From Acidobacteriota bacterium (lineage in GTDB: Bacteria > Acidobacteriota > UBA6911 > RPQK01 > JAJDTT01), in assembly GCA_965116695.1 (NCBI GenBank), contig OZ220706.1:3024283-3088282 (forward strand): a stretch of 64,000 bases of DNA, written 5' to 3'. Positions within the stretch are counted from its first letter, which is position 1. Each line of letters opens with the position of its first letter. Positions 41,327 through 51,475 of this stretch are shown here, piece by piece. Position numbers and translations under genes: made by a program. The notes beneath the pieces are model-generated. The model was given only the letters and a program-made list of their open reading frames with translations, was not told the DNA's origin and searched no databases.

Positions 41327-42871
41327 CTAATTCGGAATGCGAAGCGTCTGGCCCGGGTGGATACGATCACGGTGGCGGATGTTGTTGGCCCTCTGGATCT
41401 GGCCGGGCGAAACCCCGAATCGCTTGGCAATGCGCCAAAGGTTATCTCCCCGCCGGACCCGGTAGACCTCCGGGCTGGCCGATTTGGCAGCAGTGCGGCG
41501 TTGCGCTCCGGGAGCCGTCCGGCTCCGGGCCTTGGCGACGGTGCGGCCCGCTGCCTCCGGCTTCGACACCGTTAGAATCTCTCCGGCGTAGATGCGGGTG
41601 CCCCGAATGCTGTTGTTTCGTCTGAGAGTGGCCACCGACGTCCCGAACCGGCGGGCGATTCCGCTCAGCGTATCTCCATGCCGGACGCGGTACTCGCCCG
41701 GACCGGCCTCCCTCCGCTTGGCGAACTGCACCCGGGGAGCCGACCTGAGCGCCGCCGTCACCTGCTCCCGGGTGCCGGGCGGGAAATAGAGGCTCACCCC
41801 GGACGGCAGGATACCCGTGCTCCTCCATACCCTGCGGCGGATATGCGGATTGAGCCGGCGAAGCGTATCCATTTTCACTCCGGAGTGAGACACCAGGTGA
41901 CCCACCCGCCGGTTCGCCTGGAGGCGGACGGAAGGAAAGCTTCTCGGTTCGTCCAATTGAATGGGGCCGAAGAACTTCTCCGGGTTGCTGCCGATCTCGA
42001 TGGCAGCCAGGAACTCGGCGTAGAAATTCTGTCCGGCGTAGCCGAAGGTCCGGGAACGGTAGCGTTTGATGATGACTCGCAGGTCCGGGCCGTGGCGCCG
42101 CTTGGCTCTCGCCATGCCATTGGCCCCCTGGTTGTAGGCGGTCACCGCCAGGGGCCAGTTCCCCAGTCTCCGATAGTTGGCCTTGAGCAGCCGGGCGGCC
42201 GCTTCGGTGGCCCGAATGGGATGGAGCCGCTCGTCCACCGAGCGATTGATCTTCATGTACAGGCGGCCCGTCGACCGCATGAATTGCCAGACGCCCGCCG
42301 CACCGGCATGGGAATAGGCCCGGTCGTTGAAGCTGGACTCCACGTGGGGAAGATAGGCCAGCTCTTGCGGCAGCCCCTCCTTGCGAAAGATCTCCTTCAT
42401 CCGCTTCAGATACCTGCCGGAGCGAATCACACCCGCGCGGAACCTTTCCCGGATTCCCCGTTGATGACGGATGTTTCCCGAAAGACGGTTGAGGGTCTTG
42501 GAGGAGAGAGAGTAACCGGCGCTTCGAACGACCTCAGCGATCTCGCGGTGCTTGCCGCTCCATCGGCTCGGCTCTCGCCGGGCCAGGTCCAGAAGCAGCC
42601 GCCGCACTTCCGCCCTGGCATTCCGCAACTTCTGACGGCGGCGGCGCGTGGCGGTCCTCCCCATCTGCCCGGTTCCGGTTCGGACGATCCGGTACACCAG
42701 CCTCAAATCGTTTTTGTCGTGAATCTGGTACTCCCCCTCTCCGTACCGGGTGAAGACGTCGGTCCAGAACTTCATCCGATCCCGGTACCCCTCGGTGGAG
42801 AAAAGCTCCGTCGACTGGGCGGAGACCGGTTGGGAAACGGCAACCAGAAGGAGGATCAGCAGAACAGGCAT
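41327..42871 (-). CDS. MltD-like lytic transglycosylase with two LysM domains
   Basis: Signal peptide; LP.VESSF...A.S.AGA.G.WQFM, AYNQG; two YRVR.GD.L..IA.RFG LysM repeats. Confidence 0.92.
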   Translation of the reverse strand: MPVLLILLLVAVSQPVSAQSTELFSTEGYRDRMKFWTDVFTRYGEGEYQIHDKNDLRLVYRIVRTGTGQMGRTATRRRRQKLRNARAEVRRLLLDLARREPSRWSGKHREIAEVVRSAGYSLSSKTLNRLSGNIRHQRGIRERFRAGVIRSGRYLKRMKEIFRKEGLPQELAYLPHVESSFNDRAYSHAGAAGVWQFMRSTGRLYMKINRSVDERLHPIRATEAAARLLKANYRRLGNWPLAVTAYNQGANGMARAKRRHGPDLRVIIKRYRSRTFGYAGQNFYAEFLAAIEIGSNPEKFFGPIQLDEPRSFPSVRLQANRRVGHLVSHSGVKMDTLRRLNPHIRRRVWRSTGILPSGVSLYFPPGTREQVTAALRSAPRVQFAKRREAGPGEYRVRHGDTLSGIARRFGTSVATLRRNNSIRGTRIYAGEILTVSKPEAAGRTVAKARSRTAPGAQRRTAAKSASPEVYRVRRGDNLWRIAKRFGVSPGQIQRANNIRHRDRIHPGQTLRIPN

Positions 42872-42980
42872 GAGTGGACAATCCCTCTCCGATGATCAGG
42901 GCCAGCGCCAACCCGCGCCAACAGCGGGGCGCAGGAAGGATAATTCAGAACCCTGTCTATTTTTGGCGGCCGGTCCCCGC

Positions 42981-43508
42981 TCACCTGCACGATTCATCGA
43001 GGTTCCCATGAACCGTTTCGAGACGATCGCGAATCAATCGGCAGATCTGCTCCGGGGACCTCCCCTCGACTCCGACCTTCAGATCGGCCAGGTCGTAGTC
43101 GGGCTGCCGCTTACGGTACAGGGCTTCGAACTGTTGCCGATCCCGGGCCAGCGGACGGTTGTCCATCTCAGTGGAACGCCGCCAGGCAAGTTCCAGCGGA
43201 ATCCGGAGGGTCACGGCGATCCCGGTCCTGAAGATCAGGTCGCGGTTCGGCGCTTGGGAAAAGGCGCCTCCGCCCAGGGCCACCACCGCCGGCTCCCGGT
43301 CCCGGACTTCCGCCAGCATTCCGGTCTCCAACTCCCGAAAGTGGGCTTCGCCCCGAAGATCGAAGATTCGGGGAATGTCCATCTTCGCGGCGTCTTCGAT
43401 GAGGTGATCCAGATCCACAAAGGACCGGCCCAACTGCCCGGCCAGAACCGGCCCCACGGTCGATTTTCCGCTACCCATGAATCCCACCAGGTAGAGGTGG
43501 CCCTTCAA
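42981..43508 (-). CDS. aroK: Shikimate kinase (start ambiguous because of the upstream MITE)
   Basis: LVGFMGSGKSTVG, D.D, GEAHFR..E, VALGGG, RPL, R...Y; ancestral TTG at 43508, alternatives at 43559 and 43643. Confidence 0.93.
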   Translation of the reverse strand: MKGHLYLVGFMGSGKSTVGPVLAGQLGRSFVDLDHLIEDAAKMDIPRIFDLRGEAHFRELETGMLAEVRDREPAVVALGGGAFSQAPNRDLIFRTGIAVTLRIPLELAWRRSTEMDNRPLARDRQQFEALYRKRQPDYDLADLKVGVEGRSPEQICRLIRDRLETVHGNLDESCR

Positions 43509-43639
43509 CCCGAATTTCTCGCCAGGTCGTTGAGTGTCCGAAAAAAATGGCCGTTTCATCTGGCGCCTGGTGGCATTTGGTGGATGTTCCCCTGACAGAG
43601 ACTGCGCTGGGCGTGTGCCCCCTGGTGAGAAATGCGGGT
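43508..43639. mobile_element. 132-bp MITE with 19-bp imperfect terminal inverted repeats and TCA target duplication
   Basis: ACCCGAATTTCTCGCCAGG (43508-43526) vs CCTGGTGAGAAATGCGGGT (43621-43639), 17/19 complementary; TCA at 43505-43507 and 43640-43642. Confidence 0.8.
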
Positions 43640-44941
43640 TCAACGGCGGCAAACTCCCTCCAGGTGCCGGAAAAAATCAGGATACGACACGGCCACGCAG
43701 TCCGGATCGTCCAATTCCACCGGGTTCTCCGCCACCAGGCCCGCCAGGGCGAAGGCCATGGCGATTCGATGATCGCCGAAGGTCCGCACCTTTCCGCCGC
43801 GGATGCGGCTGCCGGGAGGGATGACGAATCCATCGGGATATTCGCTCACGTCCACCCCGAGTTGCCGCAGGTTGACGACGACCGAGTGGATCCGATCCGA
43901 CTCCTTGTGGCGCAGCTCCTGAGCGTCTCGAACCTGGAATCCCCGTTCCAGGCTGGTTCCCAAAATGGCCAGCGCCGGAATCTCGTCGATGAGCCGGGCC
44001 ACCCAGTCTCCCGAGATCTCTTCAGGAAACCGCTGCCGGACCTGGGGGTCGGCGCGGACCTGCAGGTCGCAGACCGGCTCGCCGTTGCTCTCTGCGGCAT
44101 TGGACCTCTCGACCCGGATTCCGGCCTTTTCCAGCAGCGAGAGGAAACCCGAGCGCGTGGGATTGACGCCGACTCCTTTCAAGGCGATCCGGCTGCCCGG
44201 AACCAGCAGGTTCGCCACCAGGAAGAACAACGCAGAGGAAAAATCTCCGGGGATCCGGAAATCGACGCCCTGGAGGCGGGAGCCTCCCCGCACCCGGAGG
44301 CGAGATCCGTTCTGAAACAAAGGGGCGCCGAAGAAGGGCAGGGCCCGCTCGGTATGATCCCGGGACGGCCCCGTCTCCTCCACCTCGGTTTCGCCCTGGG
44401 CCATCAGTCCGGCCAGCAGGACGCACGACTTCACCTGAGCGCTGGCGATGGGGAGCCGGTACCGGATCCCGGTCAGCCGGCCGCCCTGGATCAGCAGAGG
44501 CGGAAAACCCCCGTCCCGTGCCTCGATCCGGGCGCCCATTCGGATCAGCGGTTCCATGATGCGCTTCATGGGGCGCTGATTGAGAGAAGAATCCCCCTGG
44601 ACCCGGGAAGAGAACCGGCCCGCCGCCAGCAGGGCCGAGAGCAGCCGGATGGTGGTCCCGCTGTTCTGAACGTCCAGCGTCCGGCCCGGCGCGGTGAAAC
44701 GCCGCCATCCCGGGCTGACGATCTCCACGCGGGACGCGTTTCGAACCACACCGGCGCCGAGCGCCTCGATGCAGGAGAGCGTGGCCCGGCAGTCTTCGCT
44801 GGCGGCGAAGTTGCGGATCCGGGTCGTACCATCGGCCATGCCCCCCAGCAGGGCGTAGCGATGGGAGATGCTCTTGTCTCCCGGCACCCGGACCTCGCCC
44901 TCCAGGGGGGCCCGGACCGGATCGATTCGTCTCGGCGTCAT
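43640..44941 (-). CDS. aroA: 3-phosphoshikimate 1-carboxyvinyltransferase (class II EPSPS)
   Basis: [56 protein letters not shown]. Confidence 0.98.
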   Translation of the reverse strand: MTPRRIDPVRAPLEGEVRVPGDKSISHRYALLGGMADGTTRIRNFAASEDCRATLSCIEALGAGVVRNASRVEIVSPGWRRFTAPGRTLDVQNSGTTIRLLSALLAAGRFSSRVQGDSSLNQRPMKRIMEPLIRMGARIEARDGGFPPLLIQGGRLTGIRYRLPIASAQVKSCVLLAGLMAQGETEVEETGPSRDHTERALPFFGAPLFQNGSRLRVRGGSRLQGVDFRIPGDFSSALFFLVANLLVPGSRIALKGVGVNPTRSGFLSLLEKAGIRVERSNAAESNGEPVCDLQVRADPQVRQRFPEEISGDWVARLIDEIPALAILGTSLERGFQVRDAQELRHKESDRIHSVVVNLRQLGVDVSEYPDGFVIPPGSRIRGGKVRTFGDHRIAMAFALAGLVAENPVELDDPDCVAVSYPDFFRHLEGVCRR

Positions 44942-47028
44942 CCGGAACCCTGCCCCTGGGCGGCGGCCTCCGGGCCGCCCGCCAGTTGGAGGTGAGTCTC
45001 CCGCAACAGCTTGATCCGATCCCGCAACTGGGCCGCTTTCTCGAACTCGAACTCCTGGGCCGCCTTCTTCATGTCGTCGCTCAGCTTGAGTATGTCCTGC
45101 TCGATCTCCCGGGGGGAACCGTACCGGTCCACCTCCTCGGCCACCAGCGGGACTTCATAGTAGTCCAGTTGGGTCATCTCCAGCAGTGTCGCGTCCACCG
45201 GCTTGACGATGCTCTCCGGAGTGATCCCGTTCTCGTGGTTGAAGTCGCGCTGAAGGTCCCGGCGCCTTCTCGTCTCTTCGATGGCATGGCTCATGGACCG
45301 GGTGACGACGTCGGCATACATGATGACCTTCCCGTTGACGTTTCGAGCCGCCCGCCCCGAAGTCTGGATCAGAGACGTGCCGCTGCGCAGAAACCCCTCC
45401 TTGTCGGCGTCCAGCACCGCCACCAGCGAGACTTCGGGCAGATCCAGGCCCTCCCGCAAAAGGTTGACTCCCACCAGGACGTCGAACCGGCCCAGGCGCA
45501 GATCCCGCAGCAGCTTGACCCGGTCCAACGTATCCACTTCAGAATGAAGGTAACGGACCATGACGCCGATCTCGGTGTAGTACTCGGTCAACTCCTCGGC
45601 CATCCGCTTGGTCAAGGTCGTGACCAGAACCCGCTCCCCCTGGTCGGCACGGCTCCGAATCTCATCCAGCAGGTCGTCGATCTGGTTGCGGACCGGACGC
45701 ACTTCGATTTCCGGATCCATGAGGCCGGTGGGGCGAATGATCTGCTCCACCACTTCCCCTCCACACTCCTCCAGCTCGAAATCGGCCGGCGTGGCCGAAA
45801 CATAGAGGGTCTGGGGACGGCGAAGCTCGAACTCTGCAAAGTTCAAGGGCCGATTGTCGAGAGCCGACGGGAGGCGGAACCCGTACTTCACCAGGTTCAG
45901 TTTTCGGGACCGGTCCCCCTGGTACATGCCCCGGACCTGGGGAACGGTCACGTGGCTCTCATCGATGAAGATGAGCGATTCCTCCGGCAGGTAGTCCATG
46001 AGCGTGGGCGGCGCCTCGCCCGGGAGGCGGCCGGTGAGGTGCCGGGAATAGTTCTCGATCCCCCGGCAATAGCCGACGGTCCGCATCATCTCGAGATCGA
46101 AGCGGGTCCGCTGCCGGACCCTTTCGGCCTCCATCAGCCGTCCTTCCGCCTCGAGCCGGCCGTGGTGCTCCGCCAGTTCCTCCCGGATGCTCTCCATGGC
46201 GCGTTCCCGCTGCTCCTCGGGCATCACGTAGTGGGACCGGGGATAGATGGGAATCCGGGGATGGCGTTTCTGCGCCTGCCCGGTCAGGGGATCGAACTGA
46301 AAGATCCCGTCCACCTCGTCGCCGAACAGCTCGATCCGGATGCCGTAGTCCCCGTAGGAAGGGACCACTTCGACCACGTCCCCCCGGGCCCGGAAGGTCC
46401 CCCGGGCCAGATCCAGGTCGGTCCGCTCGTACTGGATGTCCACCAACCTGCGCAGGAGCGCCTGGCGGGAGATCCGCTGCCCCTCGCTCAGCATGAGCAG
46501 CATGCCGTAGTAGGCCTCGGGAGACCCCAGGCCGTAGATGCAGCTCACGCTGCAGACGATGATGCAGTCCCGGCGCTCGAACAGGGAGCGGGTCGCCGAG
46601 TGCCGAAGCCGGTCGATCTCGTCGTTGATCAGCGCTTCCTTCTCGATGTAGGTGTCGGTGGAGGCGATGTAGGCTTCCGGCTGGTAATAGTCGTAGTAGC
46701 TGACGAAGTACTCCACCGCGTTCTCGGGGAAGAAGTTCCGGAACTCCTGGTAGAGCTGGGCGGCCAGCGTCTTGTTGTGGCTCAGGACCAGAGTGGTCCG
46801 ATTGACCCGCTCGATGACCTGGGCCATGGTGAAGGTCTTCCCCGACCCGGTGACTCCCAGCAGCACCTGGCTCCGCCGGCCGTCCCGGATGCCCCCGACC
46901 AATGCCTCGATGGCCCGGTCCTGATCCCGGCTGGGAGCGAACGGACTCCTGAGCCGGAACGGGGCGGAGGAGGGCGCCGCCTCCCCATAGGTCACACCGG
47001 CATAGGAGATCCCCTGCGGTTCGGCCAT
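44938..47028 (-). CDS. uvrB: Excinuclease ABC subunit B
   Basis: [57 protein letters not shown]-terminal UVR domain. Confidence 0.98.
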   Translation of the reverse strand: MAEPQGISYAGVTYGEAAPSSAPFRLRSPFAPSRDQDRAIEALVGGIRDGRRSQVLLGVTGSGKTFTMAQVIERVNRTTLVLSHNKTLAAQLYQEFRNFFPENAVEYFVSYYDYYQPEAYIASTDTYIEKEALINDEIDRLRHSATRSLFERRDCIIVCSVSCIYGLGSPEAYYGMLLMLSEGQRISRQALLRRLVDIQYERTDLDLARGTFRARGDVVEVVPSYGDYGIRIELFGDEVDGIFQFDPLTGQAQKRHPRIPIYPRSHYVMPEEQRERAMESIREELAEHHGRLEAEGRLMEAERVRQRTRFDLEMMRTVGYCRGIENYSRHLTGRLPGEAPPTLMDYLPEESLIFIDESHVTVPQVRGMYQGDRSRKLNLVKYGFRLPSALDNRPLNFAEFELRRPQTLYVSATPADFELEECGGEVVEQIIRPTGLMDPEIEVRPVRNQIDDLLDEIRSRADQGERVLVTTLTKRMAEELTEYYTEIGVMVRYLHSEVDTLDRVKLLRDLRLGRFDVLVGVNLLREGLDLPEVSLVAVLDADKEGFLRSGTSLIQTSGRAARNVNGKVIMYADVVTRSMSHAIEETRRRRDLQRDFNHENGITPESIVKPVDATLLEMTQLDYYEVPLVAEEVDRYGSPREIEQDILKLSDDMKKAAQEFEFEKAAQLRDRIKLLRETHLQLAGGPEAAAQGQGSG

Positions 47029-47170
47029 AGGCACGCATTATAGAAAACCGGGGGGAGCGGCGTCTTTCAGGCGCCGACTTGGATCGGCGTGTTTTACGCG
47101 CCGACCGGGACCGGCGGCATTCTCGCCGCCGGACTCCCAAAGAAACAATGTGGCGAGAAAGGACGAAAGA

Positions 47171-47195
47171 GGGTGCCCACAAGGGGCACCCCTAC
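47171..47195 (-). repeat. Single GTAG-type REP element
   Basis: Minus strand GTAG-GGGTGCCC-CTTGT-GGGCACCC (GTAG tetranucleotide plus 8-bp hairpin). Confidence 0.7.
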
Positions 47196-47303
47196 ATTCA
47201 TTTCCAAAGGCAACAGTAGCGGAGTGCACCATTGCTGACTCCCGTGGCCACCAATGCCATACTGAAGCTGGCGGAAATTCGGTCGGAAACAGGAGTTCAC
47301 AAG

Positions 47304-48257
47304 ATGATCCGGGAACGGATACTGGTAGCGGGAGGCGCCGGATTCATCGGCAGCCACCTCTGTGAATCGCTGCTCCGGCAGGGCGCGGACGTGCTCTGCC
47401 TGGACAACCTGTTCTCGGGCAGCCGGCGCAACATCCTCCCGCTCACGGAACACCCGTACTTCGAGTTCATCCGCCACGACGTGACCCAGCCGATCCTTTT
47501 GGAGGTGGACCGGATCTACAACCTGGCCTCGCCGGCGGCGCCGGTGCACTACCAGTACAACCCGGTCAAGACGGTGAAGACCAACGTCATGGGCACCCTC
47601 AACCTCCTGGGCCTGGCCAAGCGGGTCGGGGCCCGGATCCTCCAGGCCAGCACTTCGGAGGTTTACGGAGACCCCCTGGTCCATCCCCAGCGGGAGGACT
47701 ACTGGGGCAACGTGAACCCCATCGGCCCTCGGAGCTGCTATGACGAGGGGAAGCGGGTGGCCGAGTCCCTGATGATCAACTACCGGCGCCAGAACGGCGT
47801 CGACGTGAGGATCGCGCGCATCTTCAACACCTACGGCCCCCGCATGTCGGAGGTGGACGGGCGCGTCGTCAGCAACTTCATGGTCCAGGCGCTCCGGGGG
47901 AAACCTCTGACCGTCTACGGTGACGGATCCCAGACCCGCTCCTTCTGTTTCGTCTCCGACATGGTGGCGGGGCTGGAGCAACTCATGGACGCCGATTGTG
48001 TCCCCGGACCGGTCAACCTGGGCAGTCCCCGCGAGTGTTCCATACTGTCGCTGGCGAAGTTGATCCTGGAACTCACCGGCTCGAAATCGGAGATCCGGTT
48101 CGACGTGATTCCCGTGGACGATCCGGTCCGGCGGCGGCCCGACATCGGCCGGGCAGAACGGCATCTGGACTGGGAACCGTTCGTGGACCTGCGGGAGGGA
48201 CTCCGGCGGACCATCGAGTACTACGAGGAAATCCTGGCCCGCAACCCGCCGGGGTGA
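47304..48257 (+). CDS. UDP-glucuronic acid decarboxylase (UDP-xylose synthase) family SDR
   Basis: RBS AGGAG; [55 protein letters not shown]. Confidence 0.93.
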   Translation: MIRERILVAGGAGFIGSHLCESLLRQGADVLCLDNLFSGSRRNILPLTEHPYFEFIRHDVTQPILLEVDRIYNLASPAAPVHYQYNPVKTVKTNVMGTLNLLGLAKRVGARILQASTSEVYGDPLVHPQREDYWGNVNPIGPRSCYDEGKRVAESLMINYRRQNGVDVRIARIFNTYGPRMSEVDGRVVSNFMVQALRGKPLTVYGDGSQTRSFCFVSDMVAGLEQLMDADCVPGPVNLGSPRECSILSLAKLILELTGSKSEIRFDVIPVDDPVRRRPDIGRAERHLDWEPFVDLREGLRRTIEYYEEILARNPPG

Positions 48258-48459
48258 AGGGACCGGTGGCACGCAGCCGCCGAAACGGAGCGCCGACGGC
48301 CGATGGCCAGCCTCCCATCGACCTCCAAGGCATCCAGGAAACGGACAATTGGAAGGGGCCCCTCCAGCTCATCCCGGCAGGGGCGACGCCGGTTACCACT
48401 CGCACGCGGTCCGAACCTCGCACTCTCCGGAGAACGGGTAAGGTCACGATGGCCTGGAG

Positions 48460-48488
48460 TTGATATCTGTACCGACACGAGGTACACT
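48460..48488 (+). promoter_or_regulatory. Sigma70 promoter of higBA with overlapping palindromic operator
   Basis: TTGATA-N17-TACACT; inverted repeat TGTACC-N7-GGTACA (48468-48486); ATG 5 nt after the -10 box. Confidence 0.8.
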
Positions 48489-48493
48489 TCTGT

Positions 48494-48772
48494 ATGATTC
48501 GCAGGTTTCGCCATAGGGGCCTGAAGCGATTGTATGAGCGTGGCGATTTCAGGAGGGTACGTGCGGACCAGAAGGAACGGATCGCACTTGCATTGGCGGA
48601 TCTCGACGCCGCCGTCAATCCAGCCGATATGAATCTGCCCGGGTATCGACTTCACCCGCTGAAAGGTGGTCTGAAGGGGTTTTGGAGTATCACGATTTCC
48701 GGTAACTGGCGAATCATCTTCCGCTTCGAAGAAGGCGACGCGTACGATGTCGACTTGGTCGACTACCACTAG
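48494..48772 (+). CDS. higB: HigB (RelE/ParE superfamily, plasmid maintenance killer-type) toxin
   Basis: MI..FRH.GL..L, PG.RLH.LKG...G.WS..ISGNWR..FRF......VD.VDYH. Confidence 0.93.
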   Translation: MIRRFRHRGLKRLYERGDFRRVRADQKERIALALADLDAAVNPADMNLPGYRLHPLKGGLKGFWSITISGNWRIIFRFEEGDAYDVDLVDYH

Positions 48773-48784
48773 GAGGTCCAATCC

Positions 48785-49156
48785 ATGGCCATGAAGAATC
48801 CTCCCCATCCCGGCCTAAGCATTAAAGGGAACTGTCTTGATCCGCTCGGTCTGAGCGTCACCGAGGCGGCGAAGGTGCTGGGCGTGGCCCGTCACACGCT
48901 CTCCCGCGTATTGAACGGCCGAGCCGCCGTTTCACCTGCCATGGCCATTCGACTGGAGAAGGCGGGATGGTCCAACGCCGAGTTCTGGCTGCGCCGGCAG
49001 ACCACCTACGATCTGGCGCAGGCCCGCAAGGGCGAGCACCGGATCAAGATCAAGCCCTACCCATCACTCGTCACCTCCCAGGAGACATCGCCGACGTCGC
49101 GGGTGCGCGAGTCGCCACCATCGTCAGAATCTTCGGCCGTCAGCGAAGGCGGGTAG
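48785..49156 (+). CDS. higA: HigA family antitoxin with atypical Ser-rich C-terminal tail
   Basis: M.NPPHPG, HTH ([17 protein letters not shown]), MAIRL, AEFWL..Q..YDL; follows the toxin gene. Confidence 0.92.
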   Translation: MAMKNPPHPGLSIKGNCLDPLGLSVTEAAKVLGVARHTLSRVLNGRAAVSPAMAIRLEKAGWSNAEFWLRRQTTYDLAQARKGEHRIKIKPYPSLVTSQETSPTSRVRESPPSSESSAVSEGG

Positions 49157-49169
49157 TGACCCGCTGTCA

Positions 49170-49290
49170 CAAGCCCATCGATGCCGGCCGGATGACGCCG
49201 TTCCTCCGGGCTGGGCGCTGGCGGAACGTCTCCAAGCGAATGGGGTCCCGCACGCCGAGTTCGCCCGGCGGTGCGGCCTTTCCACAAACG
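49170..49290 (+). pseudogene. Remnant of a second HigA-like HTH gene (N-terminal fragment)
   Basis: Frame of 49191 reads RPDDAVPPGWALAERLQANGVPHAEFARRCGLS; no start codon nearby; similarity stops mid-HTH. Confidence 0.55.
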
Positions 49291-49320
49291 CAAATTCCCG
49301 TCGAACGCCGGGATTCGGTC

Positions 49321-49329
49321 TGCTAGAAT
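49321..49329 (+). promoter_or_regulatory. Extended -10 element for the nuo operon
   Basis: TGcTAGAAT ~50 bp upstream of nuoA, followed by RBS AAGGAG. Confidence 0.5.
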
Positions 49330-49380
49330 AGGCACCCGTACGGCGAACGGGTCCCGGATGGGACTTTCCCCAAGGAGTGA

Positions 49381-49740
49381 GTGGTGCTTGGATCCTACAT
49401 TCCCATACTGATCTTCATCCTGGTGGCCATCACCCTCCCCGTGGTGGGACTGCTGGTGGGGAGGCTCCTGCGGCCCCATCTGCCCACGGCCGACAAGCTG
49501 ATGCCCTACGAATGCGGCGTCGATCCCGTCGACGACGCCAGAGGCCGGTTTTCGGTGCGCTTCTACATCATCGCCATCCTCTTCGTCATCTTCGACGTGG
49601 AGACCATCTTCCTCTTTCCCTGGGCGGTCATCTACGACAAGCTGGCCCTCTTCGGGTTCATCGAGATGGTCATCTTTCTGGGAATCCTGATCGTGGGGTA
49701 TTTCTACGTCTGGAAGAAGGGCGCACTGGAATGGGCATAG
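49381..49740 (+). CDS. nuoA: NADH-quinone oxidoreductase subunit A
   Basis: K..PYECG, FY..AILF.IFDVE..FL.PWA, WKKGALEW. Confidence 0.97.
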   Translation: MVLGSYIPILIFILVAITLPVVGLLVGRLLRPHLPTADKLMPYECGVDPVDDARGRFSVRFYIIAILFVIFDVETIFLFPWAVIYDKLALFGFIEMVIFLGILIVGYFYVWKKGALEWA

Positions 49741-49840
49741 GGGGCCGTGGTACAAATCCCGCTGAACCCGAACGGGGCGGAGCGGGACTTTCACCACGGA
49801 CTTCCGAACCGTTTCCGATCAACCTGACCGAGGTCTGAAC

Positions 49841-50329
49841 ATGGACCGGAGCATAGAGAAAAACGTCATTACCACGACGGCCGACTCGGTCTTCAACTGG
49901 GCGCGGAAGTCCTCCCTCTGGCCCATGACTTTCGGCCTGGCCTGCTGCGCCATCGAGATGATGGCCACCGGGGCCTCCCGGTTCGACATGGACCGTTTCG
50001 GAGCCGGCATTTTCCGGCCCTCGCCGCGCCAGTCCGACCTGATCATCGTGGCCGGGACCGTGACCCTGAAGATGGCTGAAGTGATCCAGCGGCTCTACGA
50101 GCAGATGCCGGATCCCAAGTGGGTCATCTCCATGGGCGCCTGCTCCAGCGCGGGAGGACCTTTCGACACTTATTCCACCTTGCAGGGCGTGGACAAAGTC
50201 ATTCCGGTGGACGTGTACATCCCGGGGTGCCCGCCGCGGCCCGAGGCGCTCCTGTACGGGCTCATGCGTCTCCAGGACAAGATCGATCTGATGAGTATCA
50301 CCGACAAACCGGAGCCGCGGGCCAGCTAG
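49841..50329 (+). CDS. nuoB: NADH-quinone oxidoreductase subunit B
   Basis: [37 protein letters not shown]. Confidence 0.98.
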   Translation: MDRSIEKNVITTTADSVFNWARKSSLWPMTFGLACCAIEMMATGASRFDMDRFGAGIFRPSPRQSDLIIVAGTVTLKMAEVIQRLYEQMPDPKWVISMGACSSAGGPFDTYSTLQGVDKVIPVDVYIPGCPPRPEALLYGLMRLQDKIDLMSITDKPEPRAS

Positions 50330-50365
50330 CTTCCTCCGGGAAGCCCTTCCCAATCCTTCTTGAAG

Positions 50366-51472
50366 ATGGACGACGAGACCCGGGCGAAGAAGAGCGGCTC
50401 AGACGGCGGGAAGCCCAAGCGGGCCCGCCGCAAGTCGAGGATTGCGGGCTACCGCCCCAAGCCGAAGATCCGGACTGCCCGCGCCAAGCGGGAGACTCCT
50501 GCCGTCCCTCCCGAGGAAAAGACTCCGGCTGCCCCTCCCGTGAAGGAAACCCCGGCTTCCCCTTCCGAGGAGGAAACCGCGGCTGCTCCTCCCGAGAAAG
50601 AGACCTCGGATGCCCGGCCCAAGCGAAGGCCCCGGGCCCGCCCCAGGCCAAGGCTCCGGGGCGCCCGGCCCAGGCCGAAGATCCGGGCCCGGGCAGCGGA
50701 AGAGACCCCGGCTGCACCCGCCGGGGACGAGGCTCCGGCTGCCCGGCCCAAGCGAAGGCCGCGGCCTGCCCGGCCCAAGCCGAAGATCCGGGCCCGGACC
50801 GATGGGGAAACGCCCGCTGACGGTTCCGGCGGAGAGACCCCCGCCGCCCGCCCCAAGCCCAAGGCCCGTCCCGCACGGAAGAGGCCGGTTCGCAAACGGC
50901 CGATTCGCAAGCGTCCGCTCCGCAAGCGGCGGGTCCGTAAGAGAAAGAAAGGGCCAAGCTACGAGGACCTGAAGGACGATGCCCTGCTGGAAGGCCTGAA
51001 AAAGCAGTTCCCGGGTGAGATCCTCTCGGGACAGTCGTTCCTGGGCCAGAGCATCTATACCGTGAAGCCGGGCGTCCTCTACGACGTCATGCTGGCCCTT
51101 CGGGACCATTCCGAGTCGCCTTTCGACTACATGATCGACGTCTCGGCCCTGGATTACCTGGGGGACCAGGAGCGGTTCCTCATGGTCTACCAGCTCTATT
51201 CCTATGCCACCGGGAGGCTGCTTCGCGTCAAGAGCCGGTTCGGGGAGGGCGACCCGGTTCCCTCCATGACCTCGATCTGGAAGACCGCCGACTGGCTGGA
51301 GCGGGAAGTCTACGACATGTTCGGGATTCTGTTCTCCGGCCACCCCGACATGAAACGCATTCTCCTTCCCGAAGACTGGCATGGATTTCCGCTGCGGAAG
51401 GACTACGACATCAAGCTGCAGGACCAGAGCTGGATCCGCAATCACCTGAAGATCAGAAAGACACCCGATTAG
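50366..51472 (+). CDS. nuoC: NADH-quinone oxidoreductase subunit C with ~195-aa repetitive N-terminal extension
   Basis: C-terminal domain [22 protein letters not shown]......FPLRKDY; low-complexity R/K/P/A/E N-terminus. Confidence 0.93.
   Translation: MDDETRAKKSGSDGGKPKRARRKSRIAGYRPKPKIRTARAKRETPAVPPEEKTPAAPPVKETPASPSEEETAAAPPEKETSDARPKRRPRARPRPRLRGARPRPKIRARAAEETPAAPAGDEAPAARPKRRPRPARPKPKIRARTDGETPADGSGGETPAARPKPKARPARKRPVRKRPIRKRPLRKRRVRKRKKGPSYEDLKDDALLEGLKKQFPGEILSGQSFLGQSIYTVKPGVLYDVMLALRDHSESPFDYMIDVSALDYLGDQERFLMVYQLYSYATGRLLRVKSRFGEGDPVPSMTSIWKTADWLEREVYDMFGILFSGHPDMKRILLPEDWHGFPLRKDYDIKLQDQSWIRNHLKIRKTPD
50492..50950 (+). repeat. Intragenic tandem repeats in the nuoC extension
   Basis: Four 27-bp units from 50492 (ETPAxPPEE-like); 21-bp duplication at 50611 and 50740; five 15-bp RKRxx units at 50876-50950. 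Confidence 0.85.
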
Positions 51473-51475
51473 GCC

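Noticed and set aside
48258-48460. Frame reading PTADGQPPIDLQGI, resembling a motif of Acidobacteria hypothetical proteins
   Set aside because: Too short and degenerate to call a pseudogene without a BLASTX search
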